From Adineta vaga (lineage: Eukaryota; Animalia; Rotifera), in contig CP075492.1 in assembly GCA_021613535.1 (NCBI GenBank), positions 19,778,001 through 19,842,000 on the forward strand: DNA of 64,000 nucleotides. The letters are read 5' to 3'. Below are positions 11,003 to 25,559 of the stretch, in pieces. Both the position numbers and the translations under genes were made by a program. Within the stretch, counting starts at the first letter, position 1. Every line of letters starts with the position of its first letter. The notes under the pieces were generated by a model, which saw only the letters and a list, made by a program, of their open reading frames with translations, ran no database searches and was not told the DNA's origin.

Positions 11003-13460
11003 TTAAGTTGATTGACAAATCCGATGATGAATATTCATCAGGATATTTTTGCATTCAGTTTTATAAGTTTTCGAAGGTAAAATAAATACGAAAAAAATGA
11101 GAAGTGAAGGAATAAATGATATAAAATAACCGAGAAGAGGAAGCCATGGATCACGATCTATTTTCATACAACCAGTAAGTAATGAAATAACAAGACGAGG
11201 TATAGCTAATAAAATCAATATAATAGGTGAAATGAGAAGATGTTTATTACTAGTCAATTGTTTTAAGATCGTTTTCTTAAATGTTTGTTCTTTCTGAGTT
11301 CTAGAACGTGTTCGAGCAATACGAATAATAATGAATAAAGATGATGTAATATTTAATAGAAATGGTAAAGAAAAATGAAATATTTGTGAAATAGAATTAT
11401 AAGTTTCACCAAATAATGAGTGACGCACTGTACACCATATTCTTTGTTCATTCTCATCAATGATTAGATGACGATTGAATGGATCGTGTAAATTCGTACA
11501 AGCAATTATGAGAAAAAGTATAACTATTGTCCATTTAGCTGTTCGTTTACTTCTTTCTTTATTGAAACGAATACCTTGTATCACAGTTAATGCTCGTTCA
11601 ACAGCTACACATGCATTAAGCCAATCTCCATAATTTACGCAAGTTCGAAGGATAAAATCTATTGATATACATTGAACGAGAAGAAATGTTTTCGGATTAA
11701 TATGAGATGTCTGTGTCAAAATAAGAATGGTAAATTTTGAAACGAACAAGATTGTTATCGAAATGGATATGAAAGAATTGGCAAGAAGATAATAACCAGA
11801 TCCTACTTCGCAGGATTTATTTTGAATAAAAGTCAAAATTGAAATAATACCATTGAGGGTACCAATGAGACACACAATAACGACAAAAATTAAACTAAAT
11901 TTCACAACATTTAACTGGTTTCGAAGATTAGAGTTCGGACGAATTTGATAACCAAGAATATTATCGAGTGATAATGAAAAACTTTTCGTTGAAAATTGGC
12001 ATTTTGAACCGTGGAAACAAGTTGGACAACGACAAATTGATCTTGAAGGACATTTAAGATCATCTTGAAAGCATTGTCCTCCATTTTCACAGTTACCAGA
12101 ATCATCTTGACAAGTATATATTGCCTTTTTATCAAACATTATACAAATAGCTTCTCGTTTATAATTACATAAACACATATCTAATTTATCATAAAAGCAT
12201 ACAAGATCAAGATTCCTTTCACAAAACCAATGATAATACTTAATACGACGAAGACGATGTAATTGAACGAGACTTGTATTGAATAAATTCTCTGATGATA
12301 AACATTGCCTTTCGGGATGCACATGTATATTCATCTCCTTGCTTCTATTGCTTTCAAAGGAAAATGTATAATACTTATCATCAAATTCAATGAATAAAAA
12401 CGAAAGATATATTTTTGATACAGACGCACGAATAATAGCAGAAGTTTCATAAGGATGAATTTTTGTAAACAATGTAATTGGCTTGTAAGAGTGTGAATCA
12501 AAACTGATAATGTGCAAAAATACTAATGAGGGAATTTGTATTGTATAATGAAATGTAATAAGAAATTTTTGTAAAGGCAACTCACACAAAGGTCCACGGT
12601 AATCCTCAGGACATACACATGTCGAAGCATGCCATCGTTGTCTTTCATCATATGTAGTACATTGACCACCGTTTTGACAGTTATTTACACCTTGACAATG
12701 ATCAGTTTTAATCCAACATTTAGGTCCACCTCTACCAAGAGGACAAATACAAATCGAAGTGGGATAATTACGAATACATAAAGAATTTGGAGCACATGAA
12801 CATGCCATCGATAGGTTTTGAGTATATTGACAATAAATTCCATAATAACCAGGATCGCAACGACAAAGAAATGTTTTTTTTCTTGTATTAATATTTGCAA
12901 CTATACATGATCCATGTTTATTACAATCAAGTGAACAAATATTTTCTTGAATGATTGCTGTTAAAGATGGAATGACAATTTGAACTGCTAGGCGTTGTAC
13001 GGGTAAAAAAGAAAAATGTAGTGGATAATGCCAACTTGTTAGGTATTCAAGACCGGTTGTTTGACGCTTATAGACATAAATACGAACAGTGTAATTCTTC
13101 GACGGATCTTTAGGACGAGTTCGATAAAGCAAATAAATATTCCACTTAAGTACACAGTCAGTGATCGAACTATAATAACGATAATCATATGATTCGATTT
13201 CATTTTGATCATTAATAAGTAGGAAGACCAATGTAAACATACTTAACCAATCAGTATTACTTCGAACTTGTACAGTCAAACTGACCCGTTGACTTTGATA
13301 TTGACAATAGTATCCATAAGTACTTGGCGGACACATACATTTTGATTCTGTTTTATTTAAGGTTCTAACACGTATACTGATTCCTCGATGACATATATAT
13401 CCTTCTTTATGTTCATTTTTTACTACAGTCATTGGATGAATATATGTCGATATTTGATTA
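11003..13460 (-). CDS. EGF-repeat class A-like 7TM receptor, 5'-truncated
   Basis: Multiple EGF-like Cys motifs (CMCPPSTYGYYCQ, CRCDPGYYGIYC, CQNGGQC, CENGGQC) and seven hydrophobic helices including WLNACVAVERA. The first ~25 aa of the called ORF are antisense transposon sequence, so the real N-terminus is missing. Confidence 0.8.
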
Positions 13461-14889
13461 TGGCTTAATTTCACGAAGAAAGTAAATGAAGAAGCTGCTC
13501 TGCGGAAAAACTCAAATGAACCACCAATCAATGCATTTTATCTCAATAGTATCACCATCGAGAATGTTAATGAAACAATACTTTCTGATTGATTTAAACA
13601 ATTAAATGGTAAGAGATATAGTGTTTCGATACTATGTAGAAAGCTTTTCTTCTAGGACGAATCAAGGATATTCGACAAGTTCATCAATTCGATCCCAAAG
13701 ATGAATTTACTATTTTCTGTCAAAAAACATCAAACTCTTTGATTGTCGAGGAGTTCACTCTACGAACAAATACAACTGATGAACAAAACAAATCACTTCA
13801 ACAAATCAAAACAGTAGAAGATATCTCAGTTGATCATGTCGTGATTATTAACGATAATGACAAGTATTACCTTGCTAAAGTGATCGATATCAGAAAATCT
13901 GCGGAGGAAGTAATTCTCGAACGTTATGAACCTTGCCTCCCTTTATCATCATACATAAGATCTTTCACCAAAGGCAAGACAAATGCAAGTGTCTCGTACA
14001 AAAATGTTATTGCATATTTCATTTGTCCACCAGTATTTGGTAGACGAAATCAAATATCGCTGTCGAAAGAACAATTTATAGATATTCAGAAATTTTATGC
14101 GTTAAGTATTGATCTTTATTGGGCCATATAGTCATGATTGATATCGAACACAAAATCAATTTGAACATGATTTCGTTGGCTATCATCTGATAAAAATAAA
14201 AATTTTCTCATCGAAGTATTTCTGGTTTCTCATAGTTCCGCGGATGGTGCATAGCTAATGTCTAAGTGTGTTTTAATAACCACAGATTATATATTCTAAC
14301 GCATATGAATCTTTCATAGCATATTCAGTTGGAAAAGAAAAAAATTTCAACGCTATTTTATCATAAAACTCATATATTTTTATACTTAATATACTATACA
14401 ATCTTGTATCGCGTTTATCTTAGCCAATTCGACTTTAAATAGAAAACCAAAATAGGCTTTTGTAGAGTCAAGTCTGCTCTAAAAGGTGCGCTTGGGCCGG
14501 TCATTCCAGAATATAGCCATTTTACACAATATTGATCAACTTTTTTACTAGTAAACTAGTAATTTAGTAGTGAAAGGGGGGGTCGAAAATTTTTAACATA
14601 GTCTATCTTGTAGAGCTCTTCGAGCTGATCATTTTGATAAAAAAGTTTTGAAAACTGCTCAAATATAGACGATACTAGAACGAAAATGCTGAAAAACCTA
14701 GCTGAAAAAACTGGAAACCTTTTTGCAAGGTTTTGACGGTATTTTGGCTATAAAACGGATAAAAATTGACCGATAGGGAAAATTTTTTTACCAAAATGAT
14801 CAGCTCCAAGAGCTCTACAAAACCAAGTATGAAAAAAAAAAATTTAAGAAACTTGTGTTTTTTGTGGTTGACTACCCATGGAACGACCC
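13460..14889 (+). mobile_element. 3' fragment of a DNA transposon (Sola2-like): last exons plus right end
   Basis: Exons ~13465-13608 and 13656-14131 (GRIKDIRQVHQFDP... then KYYLAKVIDI). Inverted subterminal motifs at ~14600-14650 and ~14780-14835. End ...CCCATGGAACGACCC (GGG start on the reverse strand). Superfamily call is tentative. Confidence 0.45.
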
Positions 14890-15281
14890 ATTACAACGTA
14901 ACTGGAACGCTTTCATAAGGATTTCATCAGGATTTCACCAGAACTAATTGAAAGCCTAGGACCTATCCTAGTTGAAAGACATGGAAATACGAAATAGGCA
15001 CCTCTATATATACCCCGCTCATGAAATCCTGAAAGACGAAAGACAGATTTCAGAATGTTCTAGAAGAAATTCGAAGTAGGATTTTATCTCGCATGAAATT
15101 TAAAATACACAGAAATACAAAATAGACATTTGTATTATTACGGTAGCTGTAAACAGCGAACGTTTAGGGCCATAGTACAAGGTAGCCATAAGGTATCGTA
15201 CACCACCGTTTACAGCTGGCGTTTACGATATCTTCCAGTACTATTCGAGCATCGTTTACGGCCGTGCGCGATCGACCTGGG
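14890..15281. mobile_element. Degenerate CMC-like MITE remnant (right end only)
   Basis: Ends GATCGACCTGGG, similar to the termini of the 3981-4345 element. Internal CGTTTAC/GTAAAC motifs. Confidence 0.4.
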
Positions 15282-15431
15282 TTAGAGTTAGAAAATCTTT
15301 CAACGCTATAAGTAAACTTTAGTACGAGGTTTTCTTTCATCACGTAGATCATTTTCTTATTGCGTCTTTTTTTCCGAGGTTTTATTCTTTTTTTCCTCTT
15401 CAGATCCATTCATTTCTTCTATATATGTATA

Positions 15432-15984
15432 TAGGGCATCCACAAAGTCACTAGAGTTACAGAAAAACTTCGAATAGTATTATGTCTCTTCAAGCTAAGG
15501 AGCTGAATTTTTTCTAAAGAAAGAGGACATGTAGTAGTTTTATTCATGATGGAACAGGTCGTTTATAGGAATAAAGTCCGCACACGTTTCTTCGCTATAT
15601 AAATAAGATACGCACAAACATTTGTTGTTCATAGCTATAATGCAATACTATATGATAATCTTTTCTTTATTTATCAATTGAAACATAGTTGACACGTAAT
15701 ACGATATTATTCATATGAAAGAAATTGTCCTTTGTTTTGTTCAAACAGTCACAAAAATACAATAATAGAGTTACTTTGGATGATAAACGAGTCCTCATAT
15801 TAGTTGACTGGCCTTCTATTGAAGAAAAGCATGCCGAGTTCATCCGTATAACCGATCTATTTCGTCATGAATAAAAACTGCTACATGTCCTTTTTCTTTG
15901 GAAAAAAATTCAACTCATTTAATTGAAGAGTCAGAAAAATATTCAAAGTTTTTCTGCAACTCTAGTGACTTTCTGGATACCCTA
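15432..15984. mobile_element. Tc1/mariner-type MITE (553 bp)
   Basis: TIR TAGGGCATCCACAAAGTCACTAGAGTTACAGAAAAACTT / AAAGTTTTTCTGCAACTCTAGTGACTTTCTGGATACCCTA, extended imperfectly to ~120 bp. TA flanks. Confidence 0.85.
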
Positions 15985-18542
15985 TATATCTATTCATTAC
16001 TATATTCATTAAATGCATGAGAAGAAAAAAGTAAAAAAATAGTCAGATTCAACGAGTGATTTACGTTTTTCTGCTAGTATTGGATAATAATGTGCATAAA
16101 ACCTACTTAGGATACAATACTAAACTAAGAATTTATTGAGATATATGTTGTTAATGAAACGACATTTATAGCTTTTTTTCTACTAATATGCATTTTCATA
16201 TGCGCAATTTCATTTTTTCTAGGTTTGAAAGTAATTAAAAGAAAAATAACTTCTTTAAAACTCAACAGGCAATTATACAGATGTATTTACGTCACTTGCA
16301 TATAGGAAAGCAGAGATTGAATATGCGGAATGCAGTTATAGTAATAGAAATGAAAAGACATAAAACAATCTAGTGTAGAACAAAAAATATGTTTGTTCGC
16401 TTTATCTGAAAAGAACAAACAAAATAAAACAGAATTTCCTTCATACTGGTTGTCATCGTTCTTATCAACATAACTCTGCTTGCAAGTAAATTAAATACTG
16501 ATACTAACAATAATTAATATAAAAGAAAATGTTGAGAATATCATTATTGTGAGTTATATGTTGTCAGGAAGTAAAATAAAACATATATCTTCTTTTCTTT
16601 CCTTTATTGCTCAACCAATTATCTTGTATATGTTAACTATTCCGTTGTTTAACGTAAGAAAATCTGTCATAATATTTGAGAGATTCTTTGTACAGGACTT
16701 GAGGACGTATGGGTATCTTGAGACTTTGTATAAGCATATAGGTATTTGGCGCTTGACCTCTGACCTGCAACAGACACACACACACACAAACAAATTTTTG
16801 TTTTTTTTATCACTTTTTTTCGTATCATCCTCCTTTCAGTCGAAGGAATAACTTAATAAACTAGCAAAAAAAATAATTGATCGATAAATTTAAAAACTTC
16901 TTAAATATTTATTTCATATTGAAAGCAAACTAAATACGAGAGTCATAAACAAATCCCATAAAGCACTGTTAGATCAAAAGACCTATAACAAAAATTGAAA
17001 AGCTTGATTTTCAATAAAACAGAACAACCACAATCAGTAAGTCATGATCGTCAGATAAGTTTGGATGAAAATACCATAAATATAAAGTGAAGACACCTGT
17101 CTTATTACTATTCATTCTTGAATGTAACAGACGCCGCGCCATTCACAATGAGCGAAAACGCCCCCATAATACGTACAGTGTATGTTGTCACAACCACAAT
17201 ATATGTTTCTGTAGATTGAAGAAATTGCACAAATCCAAACTGACTATTTGCAGCGTTGTCGTCACTCTTAGCAATTAAGTTTTGAGAAGGAAATGAAGGA
17301 TTGAACATGTCATTGTACAGATATCCATATGTATCCATACTACTGTTTGATGCAATAGTATAAGAACCACTTGTTAAAATATTGATTTTAATGGCTTGAT
17401 AGTAATAGAATGATCTAGAACAAACACTCTCACGACAATACGTTGGACTTGAATCCATCAAAGCTGACGAATAGATCGACTGTACTATTGATAGACGTGG
17501 TAACAGGAAAAATAGAAATAATTAGAAAAAAAGCATAAGAATCGTCTGAAATATTTCATCGTAATCGGGCGTGTCCGCTTACTCCTTGTTGGTTCTATCA
17601 AGTAATAAAGATTTTTTAAGTTAATTATGCTAGACTATTACAGAGATGTTCCTACAAATAAGAATAAAAAAACTACTGCATGCAAAATATTATTCTTTTG
17701 GTTCGTAACAGAGTAACATTTTTATAGTTAACTAATTTGTAACAAAAACTCTTTTAAACTATTCTGTAGTATAATAACACAACTGAGAAGAGTCTCAAAT
17801 ACATTCACTGGAGTAGAATTCGTATTTCTAATTTAAAGTACCGGATGAAATTTGTTTCAAAATTTCTAAAGATTACAGAGGACTGTGTAAACACCAGTTC
17901 AGTTTGTACTCTAATTGATTCTGTTAACAAAGAGATCTTTTGTCACGTACTGAGTTTTCTCTCCATCTGAAGGAAGATTGTATGAAAAAACAGTCTAATC
18001 TGTTCTATTTACATGATAAATTCCAAAAAATATTAGTTTCTGAGTAAAAGAGACACGATATAGCACATGGAACCTGTTGTATAACGGTTTATTAATCTAC
18101 CATTGCTGAACTTGTCCTCGTTTATCAAAAGTTTGATCTGATAGTTGGTACAGTAAAGAATAAACTATGAATTGCAACAGCTAGCCCTAGGTGTCCAACA
18201 GGACGGAGGCCAACGAACAACTAGCCGTTGATCGGAAGATTTTCTCATAAATGGATCGGATGAGAGTATTCAGATTTAATCAACTATTACATAAAACAAT
18301 TCATGAGCGAATAGAGTCAGTATGTTGCTTTTTTCTTATTCTTCAGTCAAGGATGAGCGAGCGAAATGATGAACATCCTTTGTTATCTGAGCTCGACAAA
18401 ATCTACAGTGGCTTAACCTTCCCTGTGGCTCAAAAACAGATTTGGAGCTGAAAAATTGTGAGTGATTTTACATCTCAGTATGATTCAATTGTAATATACT
18501 CAAATTCAGATAAGAAAATTCTGCTTAATTATAATGAATGAC

Positions 18543-18652
18543 TATCATTTCCCCTAAATTGTGGTCCCCAGAATGGTCCACAAAAAAAGTCCATACTAGT
18601 ATGGACTTTTTTTGTGGACCATTCTGGGGACCACAATTTAGGGGAAATGATA
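18543..18652. repeat. Perfect 110-bp palindrome with no spacer
   Basis: 55-bp arm TATCATTTCCCCTAAATTGTGGTCCCCAGAATGGTCCACAAAAAAAGTCCATACT followed immediately by its exact reverse complement. Confidence 0.95.
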
Positions 18653-19351
18653 ACCTACCAATTATAATATGAAATGTAATTTGTATTTATATTGCTAATT
18701 TCACAGACTAAAATTGTTTGTAACTTCGCAATAGTATATAATGCAGATGGAACGAAAAATGCAAAATAAATACTACTGTATTAATATCTGAAATGTCACA
18801 GTGCAAACATTTATTATATGAACTAAGTAGATTGAACCATAAAGCAATCGATTCTAGCTGATTCAGATGCAAAATAGGATCAATACATGAAAATACAGAT
18901 CTGTCGAAGACAACATTGTGTGATAAAAATAATTCTTAGTAAAATCTACGGATACAATTTGTATTTGTATTTGCATATCTCTAAGATTGCATAGTTTTTA
19001 AAAGTGTTCCTGTTGTAGTGCAGAATATATTATTCTTGCTCGAAGAGTATTTCTACGTCGTAGTACTTTTAAACTTTCATATATTAAATACGATAACACA
19101 ATCTTAAATGTTCTCTTATTTAATGGTATCACGTTTTCATGTAAAGCATAATCGAACATAGCTGAGATTCTTACCTGTCATATTCAGTTGTTCATAACTA
19201 ATTGACGCTGGACCGGCTGTAATGAGCGAAAATGATCCTGTAACATGTGTGGAATATGTTGTTACAATCACAAAATATGTTCGTGAAACTTGAAGAAATT
19301 GTGCGAATCCAAACTGACGATTTCCGGCCTCATTGCCATTGCCAATAATTA

Positions 19352-21668
19352 AACTAGTAACGCAACATGATTGTTGCTTACCCTCTACTGAAAGTCGTCT
19401 TTTCATGTCTGTTCTGCTCTAGAAGTACATTCATGAGAAAGTCAAGCTTGAATCGCATGTTGTTCTGTCCGCTTTGTGTTTTTATCTCTTATGCGATAGA
19501 GTTAGAAACATATTACGTCTATTTTTTGGATATGATCATATTTTCAGAGAAAAGTTATGCCTATCCTTTAGATCCTCTGACCATTTTCTGAAAAAATAAG
19601 AGTGTCCAGTTGAGTCCATCGGACGCATCCGAGCTCTTTTGAATACAGATCCAAGCAAATTTTAACACATAATTATTTTATTTCATTTTCTTCATCTCTC
19701 TACTCATTTCAAAGTAATTTCAATTCATGTATAAAAACATGAAGCAAAACTGAAAATGAATAGGCTCTAAAAACACTGACGCATCAAATCACTTATCATG
19801 CCGCCAAGATCTATTCACGCTTCCTTAGTTTGTTAGCTATAAACTTACGTAATAAACGACTAGTCGTTGATATCTACAATCTTTTTTCTTCATTTATGGA
19901 AAACTAAAACCTATTGGATTCGTTCTTGCACATCATCTATTAAGTTACTTCGCAGAAACGTTCATCGTATGTTAGTCACCTCAATGCATACTTTAAGCCA
20001 GTGCTCTTTGAATCGACACCTAGTCGTTCGTCGGCCTCCCTTCGGTCGGCCACTCACGGCTAGCTGTCAATATGCACACCTACCCTGTTTCGTTTATTTT
20101 TTATTCGGCTTTGGAATAAATAAATGACTATTCCTTAAATTCTAAAAGCACAGCATTTATGCTATAACCATTCTCCGATAGAAACTAAAAATGGATGATA
20201 TTTCTTGACGTAATGTTAGATTCACGGTAAACTCCTCCACCTTAATTTTTTACATGTTGAAAATTCTGTTTACATCTTCCATATCAATTAAGATCTAACA
20301 CTGCAATCGCAATCTTTCATGCAGCTTTTATCCCTATATTTCTCTTGATGCTTTGATCAAAAATCTCATGTATAATAATCGACGATGTAAAAGCCTTTAA
20401 ATAGAACTGATATCAAAGTAATCTCTGCCTCCGGTCCTTTACACTATATTTTTCAAGGAGTTAGTACAGCACTTATTGTCAAAACTCCTATATTATCCTC
20501 ATGACATTCGCAATCTTGAGCACAGTCAGCTTGACTAGGTTCCCAGACGACTTCAAAAAGAAATATACCTACAGTTCTTCTCCAAAATGATAGGTAAATT
20601 AAAAGTGCCCTCAATTAGCAAAAGCTGATATCGGATTCGTAATCCTTGAGCCCGAAAACTGTTCAGCCAACCAGTATAGAAAGAAACACGTTTTTGTAAA
20701 AAAGTGATTCCTTATCCGAAAACACAGAAGCAATTTCTCTCACAAAACTGACCTCAGATTTGGTTTCCTCGACCCCGATTACCTTTCGGTCAAACTTTGT
20801 TCTGAAAAATTATGTTGAGTCACTAATTAGCTAATTACTAATTAGGAATTAAGTGAAACTAGCATCATATTCGTGATCCTGGACGTCGATTACCCTTTGG
20901 TCAAGTTTTATACAAAATATTAATAATTAATAATTATTTAAGTAATTAGTTAATAATTAGTTAAAACTAACATCATATTCGTGATCCTCGACCCCGATTA
21001 CCCTTTGGTCAACCCTTTTATGAAAATATTCAGGATTAGTTTTACTATATACAATATGTAACAATGTTGTGACGGACGAACGGACAAACGAACGAACATA
21101 CGAACGAACTTTAACTACTTTTCGTACATACCCTCCTTTCAGTAGAGGGAATAATACATCTGGATTATACACAAATATGCTTAAACAATGGTGAACAATA
21201 AAGAAATCCGGTCTATAGTTTTACATGATTCCGACGACCTTTCTTATGGTTTATACGTTCGAATAAGTATAGACCATTTATTTTTCTAAAACAATTTTCA
21301 ATTATCAATATTTAACATATCAAATATAATGTTATAACAGAATCTCGCCTTTTTATCCTTGTTTCTTTCAAGACATATTTATTTCCTAGATGTACCATCA
21401 TACATATCGGCAATAATTATCGTAATCATATGGCTTTGTAAACAGACATCATTAGTCGTCATATTACGTAATTACAAACCTCGTTTTCGTTAAGAAAACA
21501 ACTCTACAATTATCTAATTCCTCCCTCTAAGATCTAACCGTGGGAATCTTCCCAAAAGATGTATCTCTGACTTTGTAAGCTCTATGACAATAATGTCATG
21601 AACGAACGAGCGAACGTACGAATGAACATTAACCCATTCTGCGTATATACCCTCCTTTCAGTAGAGGG
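19352..21668 (-). mobile_element. Non-autonomous Helentron (HINE/DINE-1-like) with two 5' ends
   Basis: 5' end TT|CCCTCTACTGAAAGGAGGGTAT followed by a (TTCG)n/(GTCC) microsatellite, present at 21668 and again at ~21150. Inverted subTIR CCCTCTACTGAAAG at 19381-19394, then a hairpin and CTAGTT. Three ~105-bp internal repeats at ~20760-21020. Inserted at TT without a TSD. Confidence 0.8.
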
Positions 21669-23480
21669 AATTTTTAGATGAGAACGAAGGATCGAATGTA
21701 CCATTGTACAAATATCCATATGTATCCATACTACTGTTTGATACAATAGTATAAGAACCACTTGTTGAAATATTGATTCTAATGGCTTCATAGAAGTAGA
21801 GTGATCCAGATCAATTATTTGTACGACAATAGGTTGGGCTAGAATTCGTCAAGACTGATGAATAGATTGAACGTATTCTAGGAGGATCTAAACACAGACG
21901 ATAAATGAATTATCTTTTCACAAAGAAGTAAAGATGACTTCAACAGAACACATACAAACTTTGAACATTTTCGTTGTAATTGGACGTGTCAATTTACTCC
22001 TGTTTGCACAGAATCAAAAAACTCATTCTAGTCTTGGAACTAAAGATTTATGGACTTTTCTATGAATTCAACTACTAATCTTTTGTTTAACCGCTCATTT
22101 TACGTATTCTTCTGATTTTCTCGTCATATTTCGTCAAGTAGGTCTCGTATTTCTACCACGTATATTGGATAACACAACTTTAAAACATGCCATCGCAGTA
22201 GTATCTAGATGCTTTAGTTTACTCAGAAACGAACAAATACGAAATAGTCAACAAAAAGCGAAACATATCTGAGTTCTATCAAATTTTTATTCTAGTCAAA
22301 GCAGAAAATGTAAAGAAAACAAAAAATGAATGAAGTGAGAAAACCGAGACCAATTGTCTTACAAATGTCTTCACTAGCGCGTATATATGTACCAATAGAG
22401 GAAACAGAATAACTAGGTGATGACAACAAAACTTTAAAGCCGTCATACATGATTTATCTATTTGTTGATTATTTTGAAGTTGCTTATGTTTGAATATATT
22501 GGAACATTTAGATACTATTGATATAGTATACATTTCAAAGTTATATCCTCTACTATGCGTGGGTGAAATATGAGAAAGAAATCGAAAAAGATACTTTATA
22601 ACTTTACTTATCGATTACCTTGTACGTATGTAAATTTACATGGGTATGTATGCATAACTATAACTATGACTAAATCTTTTTCTGAAGTCTGTATCTGTTT
22701 ATTTTATAAGTCAGATAAAACTGTAGAAGGTCGGTTTATATTATAATTATAACTAGACAACTCATGCCATACTTTGTAACACTGATACAGAGAAATAAAT
22801 CGGTTTTTTTGGAAAAAACTTATTAGAAATTCTAAAGTGTAAATAAAGATTGAAAGAATATATTATTCACTTTTACAATTGAAATTTTTTATTCAAAACA
22901 TTTTTGGATTTTCAGGACAGAAAAATGAATATCCATCTTCTTTTTTTTTGTTACTTCATTGATATGGTACTAAGTTTTATGAATAACTTTTACAAAAGTC
23001 GATTTTGAAGAGAACTCGCCTTGATTTAACATAGATTCGATATATAATAATAATAATAGTTCTATGGAAATTCATTACTCTTCGATCTATACATTAATAT
23101 TCTACAATATCACAATAGTTTTAGATGATTTTATCAGATGTTATAGGAAAAACAAATCATTGTACATATTGTTTTTATATTAATAAATAGATATAATCAA
23201 ATAGAATACGTAGAATAATCTTCACGGTTTCTAAGAATTTTATATTCAACTATTTATTATACAAAGAACTATCATAAAGATAAATATTGAAATTTAACAA
23301 ATATTTTCTCATAATTTATCAGTCTTTAGAACAAATAATTATCATCTGATCAAATGATCAAATCGACGAACGATCATCGATTTCCTTTTCTCTTTATTTA
23401 TCATTGAACAAAAAAAAATAAAATAAAACTCATACTCAGCATATCAAACTTTTCTTGTAACTATACTTTCCATTTCAATT

Positions 23481-24988
23481 TCAATCAACTTTATTAAACT
23501 TTTGTATTCGATAATTATTACAATCAACAACATATAAACTATTGTCTCGATCAAATGATAAATTCAAAGGATAATAAAGTTGATTACTTCTTGGTCCATA
23601 TCCATTTCTACCAACAACTATACTTCCTTCTTTCGCACCTAAACACCATCGCATCACTCGATGATTTATTTGATCAGCCACATAAACAGTTCCCAACTGA
23701 TCGACAACTACTCCCCAAGGATAGTACAATTGTGACAAACTATTTCCTTGACCATGACCACCTGCAACAACTATACCTTCTTCTGCATCTTTCACCCATT
23801 TCATCACACGATGATTTCCTTGATCTACTACATAGAGCGAATCATCTTGATCGATAAATATACCACGAGGCCCATCCAGTTGATCAAATCGATTTCCTTT
23901 TCCATTTCCACCTGCTACTAGAATTCCATTTCGATCACCAATCTTCCATCGTCTTACTTCGTGTCCACCCCAATCAGAAGTATACAAATATCTTTCATTA
24001 TCCATTACTATTCCATAAGCTGTAACATTATACACAATGATTTCTCCACTTTTTCCATCTCGACGAGACCATCTCATTATTCTTCTGTTCTCAGTATCAG
24101 AAATAATCAGAGAATCACTCTCTTCATCTACAATCACATTTGTTGGACCATTCAACTGATCATTTCGATTTCCTCGTCCATTTCCTCCGGCAACTACACG
24201 ACTCTCTTTTGTTCCAATCTTCCATTCTACAATACGATGATTACCACCATCAGCAATATACATAGTTTCATTATTATCAATGTATATGCTGTATGGACTA
24301 CTTAGTTGATTAAGTTCATTGCCTTGTCCATTTCCTCCAGCTATTGTAATACCATTTTGTATCCATGTTGCACTAACATTAATATTTGGTATAACCCATG
24401 ATTCTACAAAATATATTTCATCATACATAATAGATGATCTTCTCAATCAGTAGAATGTCATAACTTACCTCTGAAGAGATCAACATTGATTTTGTTGATG
24501 AGTGGTGTTGAACTGTTTGTAATTTGAATATTTGATGGTTTATTTATTTCCTCATTCATTTCATCTAATTGTTGATTCCATCGTTGAAAGTCTTTCTCCA
24601 TAAAACCATTTTCTTTTTGACTTTCTTGAAGTTCTTTTGTTAATTGATTTAGTTTTATTTCAATCTTAGACAATGATTGATTTGTATATTTCCTTAGAGT
24701 GTTTCTTGTTTCTTCTGCTGTTTGTCTGATTTTCTCGATTGAATCTTTTTCCCATTGATCAATTTGTTTCACCAGTTGATCATGTTCATGAGAATTATTT
24801 GAATATTCGTTGAGTGTTTGACGAAAACGATCACGATTGTTTTGAACTTGATCAAATTGTAAATTTAATTGTTGTTGATGATCATTAAAATGATTTAGAC
24901 AAAATGATTGTAAACATCCATCACATTGAACTGTACTTTTTTCTTTTGCACATCTAACACATCGTATTTTTGTAGTTGATGTTGCCAT
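23481..24988 (-). CDS. B-box-like/coiled-coil/NHL-repeat protein (TRIM-NHL-like)
   Basis: Exon 1 (24988-24469) has CVRC..CDGC..FCLNHFNDH plus a coiled coil. Intron 24404-24468. Exon 2 has six NHL repeats (YIADGGNHRI, VAGGNG..QL..P). Appears intact. Confidence 0.9.
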
Positions 24989-25559
24989 GTTGATAAATAA
25001 CTTCGGCAACGTGTATGTCGGAAGAAAAAGAGAAGAAGAACGAAAAGTAACGATGTCGATTTACATGTTTATCGTGATACACGAAATGGAGAGAGTATGA
25101 GTCAATGTCAATAATGAAATCTTTGCATAGAAAATTGAAAAACAGAAAAATATCATTGAGAAACTTTTCTTTTGCTTTCATGAATATAAAAAAAATTCTT
25201 ATGCACAAATTATAAGTTTAATAGTTTTAAAATTCATCTGAGAAAATTGTTTAAATATAAGAAATAGTAAATAATCTAAATCAGATGTGATAACAATTAC
25301 TTTGATAATTAAATAAAAATGAAACTATTCAGAAAAGTATATATAAAAAAGACAGATAGATATGCATATGTTCATTCAATTCTACACATTTTATTCATTA
25401 TTTTTAGACAAAAAGTTATCGATGAAAAATAGAATGAGTTGATGATATACCCATTTCATTCTGTAAACAGTTTTCAAGAAATTCTAGACTTTTTATTTCA
25501 ATTGATTTCCTCTCGTTCGTCAAATATAAGGTTAAGAATAACTAAATATTATTTCTTTA

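Larger units (their letters stand above)
17108..21890 (-). pseudogene. Gene with two tandem ~115-aa beta-rich domains (PPC-like DTYGYLY domain); upstream copy broken
   Basis: Copy at 17108-17490: YCR..YYQAIKINILTSGSYTIASNSSMDTYGYLY..SDDNAANSQF..YIVVVTTY. The paralogous copy is split into 21890-21669 and 19351-19175 by a Helentron and carries a stop. Confidence 0.6.

Noticed and set aside
20760-21020. CRISPR-like repeat-spacer appearance (also 36880-37480)
   Set aside because: Degenerate internal or terminal TE repeats in eukaryotic DNA; no cas genes and no constant repeat.
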